In this document: positions 56,046 to 64,000 of the stretch, in pieces
Layout: every line of letters begins with the position of its first letter
Numbering within the stretch: the stretch's first letter is position 1
Source: Faecousia sp.
GTDB taxonomy: Bacteria > Bacillota > Clostridia > Oscillospirales > Oscillospiraceae
Reading direction: 5' to 3'
Length of the DNA stretch: 64,000 nucleotides
NCBI GenBank assembly: GCA_045540155.1
Contig: JAZQGT010000050.1
Span: 16,493 to 80,492 of the forward strand
The notes under the pieces: model-generated
What the model was told of the DNA's origin: nothing
Databases searched by the model: none
The model's input: the letters and a program-made list of their open reading frames with translations, nothing else
Translations under genes and position numbers: made by a program

Positions 56046-57554
56046 TTAACCTCCTATCCAGAAACAGGCTGTTCTGTCGTTATCCAAGCTTTCAAACCGA
56101 CTTCTGCCGCCCACAATCAGATAGGTAGACGCGTGTAAATCCACTGCGTCCACCCCCTTGCTGTTGGCGGTGAGAACAGCGCCCCCATTTTTATAGACCG
56201 TCATGCCGTCCTCGGTAATCTGTGTTTTAATCTCTCTTCCCTGCTTCTGTACCGTCATGCCGGTTTCGTCAAAGGTATAGCCGGCAGCGGTACTGACCTT
56301 GGCCACGCCGTCATCCACAATGCTCTGCACCTGCACGGTAAGACCGGACGCGCTCTGCTCCACTACGGACATTCTGTCTGTAACCTCATGGAGTCCCGTT
56401 TGCTGACCTGCCACCTTTACCTGCAATCCGTCCACGGTAGTCTCCAGGGCAGTCATTTTTCCGTCCGCTTCCCGATTTTCAAGCTTCAGGCCTTCCACAC
56501 CCATCTGCAGCTCCAAAACCTTTCCGCTTAAGGTTTTGAACCCGGTATGATTGGCAGCGGTTGTGCTGTCCCGGCGGGCGCTGCCCGTGCATACCAATTC
56601 CGCCCGCTGCCCGGACTGGATCTTGGTCATTACATAGACTGGAAACGTTCTGCCGTTTTTGTCGGCAACCTGTAAAATATCTCCCGCCTCTATTTGGGCT
56701 GCAACCGATATAAAAACACTGCAAGGGGTGTAATCCACCCCTTGCAGTGTTTCGTAAATCACCTGCGCCGCTGCTTGCAAAGCCTCCTCGCTGTCAGAAG
56801 CCAGCAAACAGTTTCCGGTAATCACATATCCGTTGCTGCCGCTGCCATATATGGCGCCCACATCCGACTCCGTCAGCCGAATCTGTACCTTGTCGATGGG
56901 CGCCACCCGGTAGTCTTCAAACCGCAGGGCATAGATATCATACCCGACATCCTGCCCAACGACCACATCCTTGGGCGTGTACCACGCCAATTCCACTTCC
57001 CCGTCCGCAGTTGCCCTGCAAAAACGTCCGCATGCCTCGCCCACCCACTGCATCAGCTGCCTGCCTGTAATATCCCCGGCAGAAAACCGTTGCACCGGCC
57101 AGTCGCCGTTGGGAAGCACTTCATTGCGCAGTGTCAGATTGCAGGCAGCGCAGACCATCTTTGCAAAGTCATGCAAGGTATACGGCCACCCGTCCAGACT
57201 CTCCAGCCACTGGGACAGATTTCTGTCCAGCCAGCTCACCCGGTCATAGGCGGTAATTTTGCACATATTGGCGCTGGGACGGACAGGCTCCTCGGCGGTA
57301 AACAGCCCCACCTTGGTCCTGACGCCGTCCTCATCCACCTTGTAGAGGGTCAGCTCCATGCCGGCGGGGATGGAAAGTCTGCCCGCCGGCGTCAGAATGG
57401 TGGCCTCCAGCATATTGGCGCAGGCAGACCCCAGCGTCAGCTCCCTGCCGGCGTTCACCTGTTGGGTGATGGTCACGCTCTGCAGCGCATTGGCAGTACC
57501 TGCCCCGGAAAAAATTTCAGTTCCGTCGGGCAGGATCATTAAATTCTTCAGCAC
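56046..57554 (-). CDS. Phage tail (Tal/hub-like) protein
   Basis: Position after Dit; ELTLGSAC, ITAYDRV, C-terminal coiled coil. Confidence 0.65.
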   Translation of the reverse strand: MLKNLMILPDGTEIFSGAGTANALQSVTITQQVNAGRELTLGSACANMLEATILTPAGRLSIPAGMELTLYKVDEDGVRTKVGLFTAEEPVRPSANMCKITAYDRVSWLDRNLSQWLESLDGWPYTLHDFAKMVCAACNLTLRNEVLPNGDWPVQRFSAGDITGRQLMQWVGEACGRFCRATADGEVELAWYTPKDVVVGQDVGYDIYALRFEDYRVAPIDKVQIRLTESDVGAIYGSGSNGYVITGNCLLASDSEEALQAAAQVIYETLQGVDYTPCSVFISVAAQIEAGDILQVADKNGRTFPVYVMTKIQSGQRAELVCTGSARRDSTTAANHTGFKTLSGKVLELQMGVEGLKLENREADGKMTALETTVDGLQVKVAGQQTGLHEVTDRMSVVEQSASGLTVQVQSIVDDGVAKVSTAAGYTFDETGMTVQKQGREIKTQITEDGMTVYKNGGAVLTANSKGVDAVDLHASTYLIVGGRSRFESLDNDRTACFWIGG

Positions 57555-57565
57555 CGCGCCACCCC

Positions 57566-57940
57566 CTAACATTCAATAATGCTGAATTGGTAATTCCGGA
57601 GTTGTCCCCCGGGGGCGCTGTGCCACAGGATTCCGTGCTTGCTGCGATATGCGGTGGTCACCGTCATTTTGCTCAAATCCGTGTAATCGGGGTAGCTGAA
57701 TTGGAAATGGCTCTTCCCCGCAAACAGGCTCTCCATGTAGGAATACTCCTCCCCGGAGAGATACGCATAGGAAAAGCTCCACTTTCCAACATCCCGCCGC
57801 ACCACAATCCGATGCATGAATGCGCTCTCGTCTCTGCCGGAATCAGACGCGTCAATATCCTCCCGGGAGACCTCCACATCCGCATCCGGCGCCAGCATAG
57901 GCTTGCCGTCAATCAAAAATAACTCCGTCAGCTTTCTCAT
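57566..57940 (-). CDS. Distal tail (Dit-like) protein
   Basis: DIDASDSGRDESAFMHRIVVR, FSIIEC; follows the tape measure gene. Confidence 0.65.
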   Translation of the reverse strand: MRKLTELFLIDGKPMLAPDADVEVSREDIDASDSGRDESAFMHRIVVRRDVGKWSFSYAYLSGEEYSYMESLFAGKSHFQFSYPDYTDLSKMTVTTAYRSKHGILWHSAPGGQLRNYQFSIIEC

Positions 57941-60711
57941 GCCAATCCTCCGTTCACCACAGCCATTTTCCGCTGATACCGGGACATGGCATTGCCAATC
58001 ACATCGTCACCAATCTGAATTCCCAGCACCGCCTGCAAAATCTCCCGCTGCACCTCTACGGACGCAGTGAATCCTGCCATCATAGCCGACGTATTATCCT
58101 GCATCACCAACGCCACCGCCTCCTGAATGGTAGCTAGGGGCGCTTCAATGTTGGTACCGTGTCGCTGGTCGCCCACCATAGCCAAGAAAGGTTTGTTGGG
58201 GGGCAGGACGGCGCCCTTGGCCAGATACGGGATTTGGGGTACACTGATAGTATTCAGTCCGGAGAATGGTGTCAGTCCCAGAATATTAATATCCTTGATT
58301 TTTTGCAGTGCAGTATTGATTCCATTGAAAGGAATGCTGATTGCACCGTTTAATCCCTTGATAATACCATTTACAACGGTCTTAAAGACTGTTAATATGC
58401 CGTCTTTGATGTCAGTAAAAATATCACCGGCGATAGAGAAAACTGCCACAACACTTTCCCATGCCTCCGAGAACACTTCCTCGAAGAAAGATGCGACTTT
58501 ACCAAATATCTCTTTTACAGCCTCCCACGCCTGCGATGCCGCTTCGGTGAATCCGTTCCACAATCCAGAGAAGAACTCTGCAACAGGCTGGACAACATTT
58601 TCGTTGAACCAACCTGAAACGATACCCCAAACTACTTTGATGATCTCCCAACAGCCAGAGGCCAGGACACCGATGTTGTAAAATACATTCGAAAAAGTTT
58701 GACCGATGCTCACAAACAATTTGGAGAACCATTCAATAGCCGGAGAGAAGAATTCCACAATGGCATTCCAGCAAGCGGAAGCAGCTGTGGAAATACCCTC
58801 CCACGCATGCGAGGCAAATGTAGAAATATCTTTCCATGCACTGGCTGCCCAAGCAGAAATGTTGGCCCATAGTTCTGAGAAAAATGCACTTATCTCATCC
58901 CAGTATATGATGATCGCCGCTACAGCCGCAGCGACGGCCGCAATAATCGCCACTAACCAACCGACGCTAATTCCGAGAGCCGCAGCGATTGCAGCCAAGC
59001 CACCCGTAATTGCAGGAACAAGTGTCCCCGTTATCCACGCGCCAAGAGAGGCTATTGCTCCGCTTAACTTAGGAAACATCGCCGCTAACAATCCCACTTC
59101 CGGTGCCATAGCGCCAACGGCACCAATGTATTCCGCAATTTTCGCCGCAATAGAAAGTGCTCCAAATGCTCCACCAATACTTCCAATAAGGGTTATAAAA
59201 TTATTAATACCTTCTTGATTATTACTAACCCAATCAGAAATCCTAGTTAGCGCATCTGCAAAACCGTTGATGGTATCAATAATCACGCCACCTGTCCACT
59301 GAGCCAACGGTTTCAAGAACTCATCCCACAGCCATTGACCCATTGGCTTTAATCCTTCAATTGCTACATTGAGAAAATCCAGGGCCGCACTCAGCAAATC
59401 AAGAAATGCCGGTAAAACATCTTCAATCGTCCACTCAGCTATCGGCACTAGGATGTTGTACCAAGCCCATTCCAAACCCTCAAACAGTTTGGTGGTTAGC
59501 GGTGCGATTGCCTCTTTTAGTCGCCCGAACTCCTCCACTGCGGGTGCAAAATCGATTTGTTTCAGCGGTTCAATCAGTTCTTTGAACTTGTCCACAATAG
59601 CTTGTAGCTTTGGCGAAAAGGTATCCTCCACCTCTGTCGTGACCACGATGTTGGTGCCACTGGACACGCTGCCACCAGATGTTCCAGAAGGAGATTCACC
59701 ACTCCCCGTATTGGATTGTAGAATGTTCAGTTCGTCAAAGTTTGCCAGCGACTTCTTAGCCGCCTTTCCTGCCGCCGTGGTGGCCGCCTCCAGTTCCTCC
59801 TCCGCCTCTGCTCCCGCCGATGCTGAAGATGCTACCGAATCATTAGAATTTGCCAGAGTACTAGTCTGTACCGAAGCTTTTCCAAAGAGAGCCCCAACCA
59901 CAGATGCAACCGCATTAGCAAATTTCGTTACAGATGTAATTGCAGTATTTATGATTGGCAGAAGCGTCTGAATAATGGGATTGATTGCGTTGCCGACCGC
60001 CACCTTCAGGTCGTTGAATCGGAAGGACAACTGCTGAAGTTGCCCCGACAGAGTGCCTGCCACAGTTGCGGCATCACCAGTCTGATATTTGGTTTCCTTC
60101 AGAATCCCGCTGACTTCCGCCTGGATCTTCTGCTGCTGTGTCAGGTTGTTGGCCGTGGTACCGATGGATGCAGCATATTCATCCCACATCTTGGCAATAT
60201 TCTTTGTGACACCCGCATTGTCGACCAGAATGCTATTTTCGTTCTTCAGGCCCTCAGTTGCAGACTCAACAGCTTCACCCATGGTGTAGCTTGCCTGTCG
60301 TCCATAAGCCGAAGCATCTTTTAGGGCAGTCATTACCTGTTTAATTTGTCCGTCGTCATAGCCTCGGGATGCCAGATTCTTATAGGCGTTGATGGCATTT
60401 GTTGCGGGAATCAAGCCATCTTCCACATACTCTTCAATAAAGTCCTGAGCATCTGAAAAACTGCGTCCCTGACCCGCCAAGATGCTTTTCAAACCAGTCA
60501 GCGCATCGGACATTGTCCGTGCAGCCTGTGAGGATTCAGTGGCAAACTCGATGATTTTCTTAGTGGAAAAAGCTGCAGCCAGCATTACGGCAATGTTTTT
60601 TAGTGTGTTCCCAAGACCGCCTAACTGTCCAGAAATTGTTTTAATTCCTTTTTCAAATCCACTGTTATCCAACTCTGTGGAAATAACAACTTTTCCGTCA
60701 CTTGCCAACAT
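57937..60711 (-). CDS. Tail tape measure protein
   Basis: 924 aa, Ala-rich helical with 11-residue Trp/Phe periodic repeats; IPYLAKGAV...EAPL C-terminus. Confidence 0.9.
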   Translation of the reverse strand: MLASDGKVVISTELDNSGFEKGIKTISGQLGGLGNTLKNIAVMLAAAFSTKKIIEFATESSQAARTMSDALTGLKSILAGQGRSFSDAQDFIEEYVEDGLIPATNAINAYKNLASRGYDDGQIKQVMTALKDASAYGRQASYTMGEAVESATEGLKNENSILVDNAGVTKNIAKMWDEYAASIGTTANNLTQQQKIQAEVSGILKETKYQTGDAATVAGTLSGQLQQLSFRFNDLKVAVGNAINPIIQTLLPIINTAITSVTKFANAVASVVGALFGKASVQTSTLANSNDSVASSASAGAEAEEELEAATTAAGKAAKKSLANFDELNILQSNTGSGESPSGTSGGSVSSGTNIVVTTEVEDTFSPKLQAIVDKFKELIEPLKQIDFAPAVEEFGRLKEAIAPLTTKLFEGLEWAWYNILVPIAEWTIEDVLPAFLDLLSAALDFLNVAIEGLKPMGQWLWDEFLKPLAQWTGGVIIDTINGFADALTRISDWVSNNQEGINNFITLIGSIGGAFGALSIAAKIAEYIGAVGAMAPEVGLLAAMFPKLSGAIASLGAWITGTLVPAITGGLAAIAAALGISVGWLVAIIAAVAAAVAAIIIYWDEISAFFSELWANISAWAASAWKDISTFASHAWEGISTAASACWNAIVEFFSPAIEWFSKLFVSIGQTFSNVFYNIGVLASGCWEIIKVVWGIVSGWFNENVVQPVAEFFSGLWNGFTEAASQAWEAVKEIFGKVASFFEEVFSEAWESVVAVFSIAGDIFTDIKDGILTVFKTVVNGIIKGLNGAISIPFNGINTALQKIKDINILGLTPFSGLNTISVPQIPYLAKGAVLPPNKPFLAMVGDQRHGTNIEAPLATIQEAVALVMQDNTSAMMAGFTASVEVQREILQAVLGIQIGDDVIGNAMSRYQRKMAVVNGGLA

Positions 60712-60737
60712 CTCACCTCCTAAAAATAGGTATAGAA

Positions 60738-60764
60738 AAACCCCACCATTTTCACGGTAGGGTT
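60738..60764 (-). terminator. Probable terminator of the moron gene
   Basis: AAACCC.ACC...GGT.GGGTTT imperfect hairpin with a T-run on the minus strand. Confidence 0.5.
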
Positions 60765-60781
60765 TATGTATAAAATTGTAA

Positions 60782-61324
60782 TTATTTCTTACCAGGTTTC
60801 CATTGATAACCGCACTTCAAGCAGGTACAGATGATCTTTTTGGAACCAATTCCGCCGGCGATCAGGCCAACATCCAGCCCAACAGCAGCACCGATAGCAC
60901 CACGGGCAAAACCAAATCCTTTTTGATTTGCGGATATGCTTGTGGATAAACACTTGGGACAGTAGACTTGTCCGGATTTTTCCATATCTGCGATTTTAGC
61001 TTTGCGTTCATCCTTTTTCTTGCTGGGATACCAGATCGGTTCCGTATCAAATGTTCTAGAAGATGTAGATTTTGTTTCCTCGCCAAATAATTCATCAATT
61101 GTTTGCTTTGCCTCCAGCAATCCCATCCCTGTATCTTGCCGAAGTATCCGAATTGCTTCCAAGCGATTCGGCATATACTGCCCATATCGACGAATCATCT
61201 CAGGTCTCTCATCAGATGCACTGTTAGCAGCTGACACAGCGGCAACCGTTTCTTTCAGCCTCGTTCCACAACTAGAGCAGAAATTTGCATCTCCACAATC
61301 TTTTCCACAATTAGGGCAAAACAT
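60782..61324 (-). CDS. Moron: zinc-ribbon / L7-L12-CTD-like / glycine-rich TM protein
   Basis: FCPNCG...FCSSCG; EAIRILRQDTGMGLLEAKQTID; CPKC-GAIGAAVG..GLIAGGIG-CLKCG; low GC. Confidence 0.75.
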   Translation of the reverse strand: MFCPNCGKDCGDANFCSSCGTRLKETVAAVSAANSASDERPEMIRRYGQYMPNRLEAIRILRQDTGMGLLEAKQTIDELFGEETKSTSSRTFDTEPIWYPSKKKDERKAKIADMEKSGQVYCPKCLSTSISANQKGFGFARGAIGAAVGLDVGLIAGGIGSKKIICTCLKCGYQWKPGKK

Positions 61325-61347
61325 AGCGATCACACTCCTTTGCCCTT

Positions 61348-61376
61348 ATTATAAGCAAGCACAAATCAAAAAGCAA
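61348..61376 (-). promoter_or_regulatory. Sigma-A promoter of the moron
   Basis: TTGCTT-N17-TATAAT on the minus strand, followed by an AAGGAG RBS. Confidence 0.75.
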
Positions 61377-61380
61377 GGAA

Positions 61381-61935
61381 TTATTCTCCCAGCAGCTTCT
61401 TGAGCCGCTCCTGTTCTGCAATTTCTTCGGCAGAATATCGTTTTTTCAGATCTACCTTATCTTTGTTCTTGCGGTAGAATTCCTGTTCCCACTTTTCCAG
61501 CTTCTTGCCCTTACGGAGCTTCTCCCGGATGGAAACCAATGTGGAAAGCTGACCTTCGCCAATGGCGTTGAAATAGGACACGAAAGTCCACCAATGCAGA
61601 AAAGGTAAGGCTCGAATTTCTGTTCCTGCCACCTTGTTCACATCAGCAACGATTACCTGTGCATCCTGTTCCCAGTCCATCAGCTTTGGGGCAGGTTTGG
61701 CATCTTGGTCATCGCAGGAGATAAACTCCACCAAATATTCGATGGCTTCTTGAAGATGCTGTTGAGGAATTTCACCCTCATAAAACAATGCCAGCGCAAC
61801 CTTCCAGCGGACATACTCCGGCTGATCTGGATCATCCAGATACCGGAAGATTTCCAGAATGTCCCGGTAGTCTGCATTGATTGGGTATTCGACACCGCCG
61901 ATCTTGGCGGAAGTCGGCAGATTCCAAAGGTTCAT
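61381..61935 (-). CDS. Gp15-family phage protein (tail assembly)
   Basis: LPTS..I.G.EYPINADYR, DWEQDA, LHWWTF, LVSIR. Confidence 0.8.
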   Translation of the reverse strand: MNLWNLPTSAKIGGVEYPINADYRDILEIFRYLDDPDQPEYVRWKVALALFYEGEIPQQHLQEAIEYLVEFISCDDQDAKPAPKLMDWEQDAQVIVADVNKVAGTEIRALPFLHWWTFVSYFNAIGEGQLSTLVSIREKLRKGKKLEKWEQEFYRKNKDKVDLKKRYSAEEIAEQERLKKLLGE

Positions 61936-62396
61936 TACTGTGTCCTGCGCTGAGCACGGTTCAGCTTTGCTTCCGCAACAGCCTTGTCCGCCTGCTGCTT
62001 GGCGCAGTTCTCCGCGCCCTCTACCATGATAGGCTGCAGCGCAGCCAGGAAATTGGTAATGACCCGCTCGCCGTTGCTTGCCACTGCCAGCAAGTTGACA
62101 CCGCCCAGTAACTTGTCGAAGTCATTGCCCTCGCCGAATACTTCGGTCAGGATCTTCTTGGTCTCCCGGTCGGCCTCTGCCATTATCCGCAGTACCGTAG
62201 CGCCGTTCTGCTCCTGGTTTTCCGCCTTTTCGATTTCCCTCGCCTTGGCAACCAGACCGTCCTCCACGGACTGGATCTTACCCATAGCATCCATGAACCG
62301 GGCATAAACATTAGGGTCACTGGGATTGAAGCGCAGTACGCCGTTGTCGTTGATCTGGTATTCCTTGATACCACTGTCAATAATCAGCTTTTCCAT
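61935..62396 (-). CDS. Tail assembly chaperone
   Basis: LRFNPSDPN; NRAQRR C-terminus; lies between the tail tube and Gp15 genes. Confidence 0.7.
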   Translation of the reverse strand: MEKLIIDSGIKEYQINDNGVLRFNPSDPNVYARFMDAMGKIQSVEDGLVAKAREIEKAENQEQNGATVLRIMAEADRETKKILTEVFGEGNDFDKLLGGVNLLAVASNGERVITNFLAALQPIMVEGAENCAKQQADKAVAEAKLNRAQRRTQ

Positions 62397-62418
62397 ATCA
62401 TTGCCTCCTTAGTGTGGT

Positions 62419-62441
62419 GCCCCGCCTGACACAGGCGGGGC
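62419..62441 (-). terminator. Hairpin after the major tail gene
   Basis: GCCCCGCCTG-ACA-CAGGCGGGGC. Confidence 0.55.
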
Positions 62442-62450
62442 GGTCATTGC

Positions 62451-62930
62451 TCAGTTTGCGGTAAAGGTCTTGGTGCTGGGATTGAAGGTACCAGCAGTCT
62501 TCACGCCGGTGTAGTGCAGGGTGAAGGGGATCTGATAGCCGGTAGTATCGCCACCGTAGCCGGTGACCTCGATATAGGCCTCCTCCTTAATGGCGGGATA
62601 AGCGCTGTCTTCAGCAGCCTCCCACAGCTTGACCTCCACCACGTCGGTCTTCAGGTCATCCAGCACCAGATTGCCATCGATGATGGCCTGCAGGCGGGTG
62701 AACAGAGCAGATTCCTTCTCAGCGTAGAAAGGCTCGACAGAGCCGGTCTTCTCATAGCTGGAGATCAGAATACTGGTTTCACCCAGGATGTTCTTCTTGG
62801 TGTCCACCTGGGCCGCCAGCTCGGGACTGAACTCCTCCAGGTCCTTACCCAGCCGCTCATAGGCAGCCGCATCCCCATTGGCAGCGGTGTTGATAAAGTG
62901 CGCCAGATACTTTCTTTCGATTTTTGCCAT
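62451..62930 (-). CDS. Major tail (tube) protein
   Basis: MAKIERKYLAHFI, RLGKDLEE, KNILGE, GYGGDTTGYQIPF, GTFNPSTKTFT. Confidence 0.8.
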   Translation of the reverse strand: MAKIERKYLAHFINTAANGDAAAYERLGKDLEEFSPELAAQVDTKKNILGETSILISSYEKTGSVEPFYAEKESALFTRLQAIIDGNLVLDDLKTDVVEVKLWEAAEDSAYPAIKEEAYIEVTGYGGDTTGYQIPFTLHYTGVKTAGTFNPSTKTFTAN

Positions 62931-62932
62931 AT

Positions 62933-63358
62933 TTATTTCACCTCATAAACTTTTATAAAATCCGCAATCAGCGTAACCGTGTATGTGCCTGTGCCCACCC
63001 GGGAAACCTCCTTCAAAGCGCCCCCGTGGGCCTGCATCCGCTCCCGGGACGGCACATCCCCAAAATGGGGGGTAAGCCCGGCAGCGCTCTGCTGCTGCAC
63101 CCAGTTCTGAAAGTCCAGCAGCCATTGGGCATTGTCCGTACCGTCACACTGCCCTGCCGCATGCCGATAGAGCGCAAACCGATACCTGCAGCTTACCTGC
63201 AGATTCCCCAGCACATCCTCCTGCCTGCCCGTCTCTTCCAGACCGGCGGGAAACAGACCGGCGTGCCCCGGTCCGTCTTCCGAGAAATCCACCGACAATG
63301 TGTCCCCCCAGCCGGGGTAGGTCTGCAGCCACCGCCGCAGCGTTTCCAAATCCGTCAT
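62933..63358 (-). CDS. Tail terminator / neck protein
   Basis: Size and position directly upstream of the tail tube gene. Confidence 0.6.
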   Translation of the reverse strand: MTDLETLRRWLQTYPGWGDTLSVDFSEDGPGHAGLFPAGLEETGRQEDVLGNLQVSCRYRFALYRHAAGQCDGTDNAQWLLDFQNWVQQQSAAGLTPHFGDVPSRERMQAHGGALKEVSRVGTGTYTVTLIADFIKVYEVK

Positions 63359-63367
63359 AAATGCACC

Positions 63368-63721
63368 CTACTTTCTTCCGGCTTCCGTGTGGCAAAACTG
63401 ACCCTGCCAGCGGTATGCCGTTGCATAGGCAGCCTCTCCCAGCCCGGGCACCAGCGCAGGCACAAAGGTATTCCACATTTCCTCCGTTACCTTAGGTCCG
63501 ACTCCGTCAAAAACCCGGTCGCCGGGAAATACCAGCTGCTCCGCGCCGGGCTGTACCAGCAGAAAATTCCGTTCCTTCCGCTTTCCCAGCGTCTCAAAGG
63601 ATACCGCGTCCTCCCACTGTAAAAAGCAGCCTCCCAGCACCTGCCGATGGATTCCCTCCGGGGTCTTTCTGTAAACCGTCACCGTCTGACAGCACATACC
63701 GTAATCCACAGGCACGGTCAT
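63368..63721 (-). CDS. Head closure (stopper)-like protein
   Basis: TVTVYRK, PGDRVF, HTEAG; neck-module position. Confidence 0.55.
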   Translation of the reverse strand: MTVPVDYGMCCQTVTVYRKTPEGIHRQVLGGCFLQWEDAVSFETLGKRKERNFLLVQPGAEQLVFPGDRVFDGVGPKVTEEMWNTFVPALVPGLGEAAYATAYRWQGQFCHTEAGRK

Positions 63722-64000
63722 CCGCCCACCCCCCGGTAAATATCCAGATAAATGCAGGCTCTCTCATATAACGTCTGCCCCAAAGAAGGCCTGTCCGTCT
63801 CATACCGCACCGCTACGCTGCCCACACTGGCAGATGCAACACCTTTGTTCCTGTTTTCCCAAATAGCCTCTGCCATGGCGCACACAGCCATGTTTTCCGC
63901 CTCCGCGCCGGAGGACTCTACCCGGTAGACATTCTTTAACCTGTCAAGATACCGCTGCGCCTGGGCAGCCACACCGGCAAACGCCTTTTCCGGGATGGCG
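63718..64000 (-). CDS. Head-tail connector (adaptor) protein, 5'-truncated by the window edge
   Basis: Frame open to the edge; MAVCAMAE, SASVGSVAVRY, YLDIYRGVG. Confidence 0.65.
   Translation of the reverse strand, partial: AIPEKAFAGVAAQAQRYLDRLKNVYRVESSGAEAENMAVCAMAEAIWENRNKGVASASVGSVAVRYETDRPSLGQTLYERACIYLDIYRGVGG

Larger units (their letters stand above)
51578..64000 (-). mobile_element. Siphophage-type morphogenesis and lysis module (prophage or domesticated phage-derived element); continues beyond the window
   Basis: Co-oriented order connector-closure-terminator-tail tube-chaperones-tape measure-Dit-Tal-fibre/RBP-amidase-holins; no integrase or att site seen at the left end. Confidence 0.88.

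Noticed and set aside
61900-61990. Programmed frameshift between the tail chaperone and the Gp15 gene
   Set aside because: No X XXY YYZ slippery heptamer is visible near the stop; the genes are simply coupled by a TAATG overlap
51578-64000. Alternative genetic code or stop-codon recoding in the phage module
   Set aside because: All genes are intact and tightly packed under the standard code

Overview
This is a 64 kb chromosomal segment from a moderately GC-rich anaerobic Firmicute. Gene content (ispH-rpsA fusion, long GluRS, Spo0A-family gene, MetVF) points to Clostridia, probably Oscillospiraceae/Ruminococcaceae (inference). From left to right it holds: (1) a partial GH20 gene and nagB; (2) a small Xre switch islet next to tRNA-Gln; (3) trpS/gltX; (4) an 858-aa ECF sigma factor fusion; (5) a long minus-strand housekeeping run (hflX-yigZ-dgt-dnaG-two divergent sigma-70 paralogues-cmk-ispH/rpsA-Dabb-ACT-DUF711); (6) a galacto-N-biose/lacto-N-biose utilisation locus; (7) tRNA-Thr and tRNA-Leu, with a low-GC Xre islet after the latter; (8) pepO, larEBC, a GltS-like symporter and metV-metF; (9) a pseudo-receiver Spo0A paralogue; (10) a siphophage-type lysis/tail/neck module running off the right edge. 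The best candidates for novel biology are: the non-phosphorylatable Spo0A paralogue with an upstream 0A box abutting a possibly domesticated phage-like module; the pair of complementarily degenerate RpoD paralogues at the dnaG-rpoD position; and tRNA-tailored antisense palindromic elements at two tRNA 3' ends. All family assignments come from motif recognition by eye; no searches were run.
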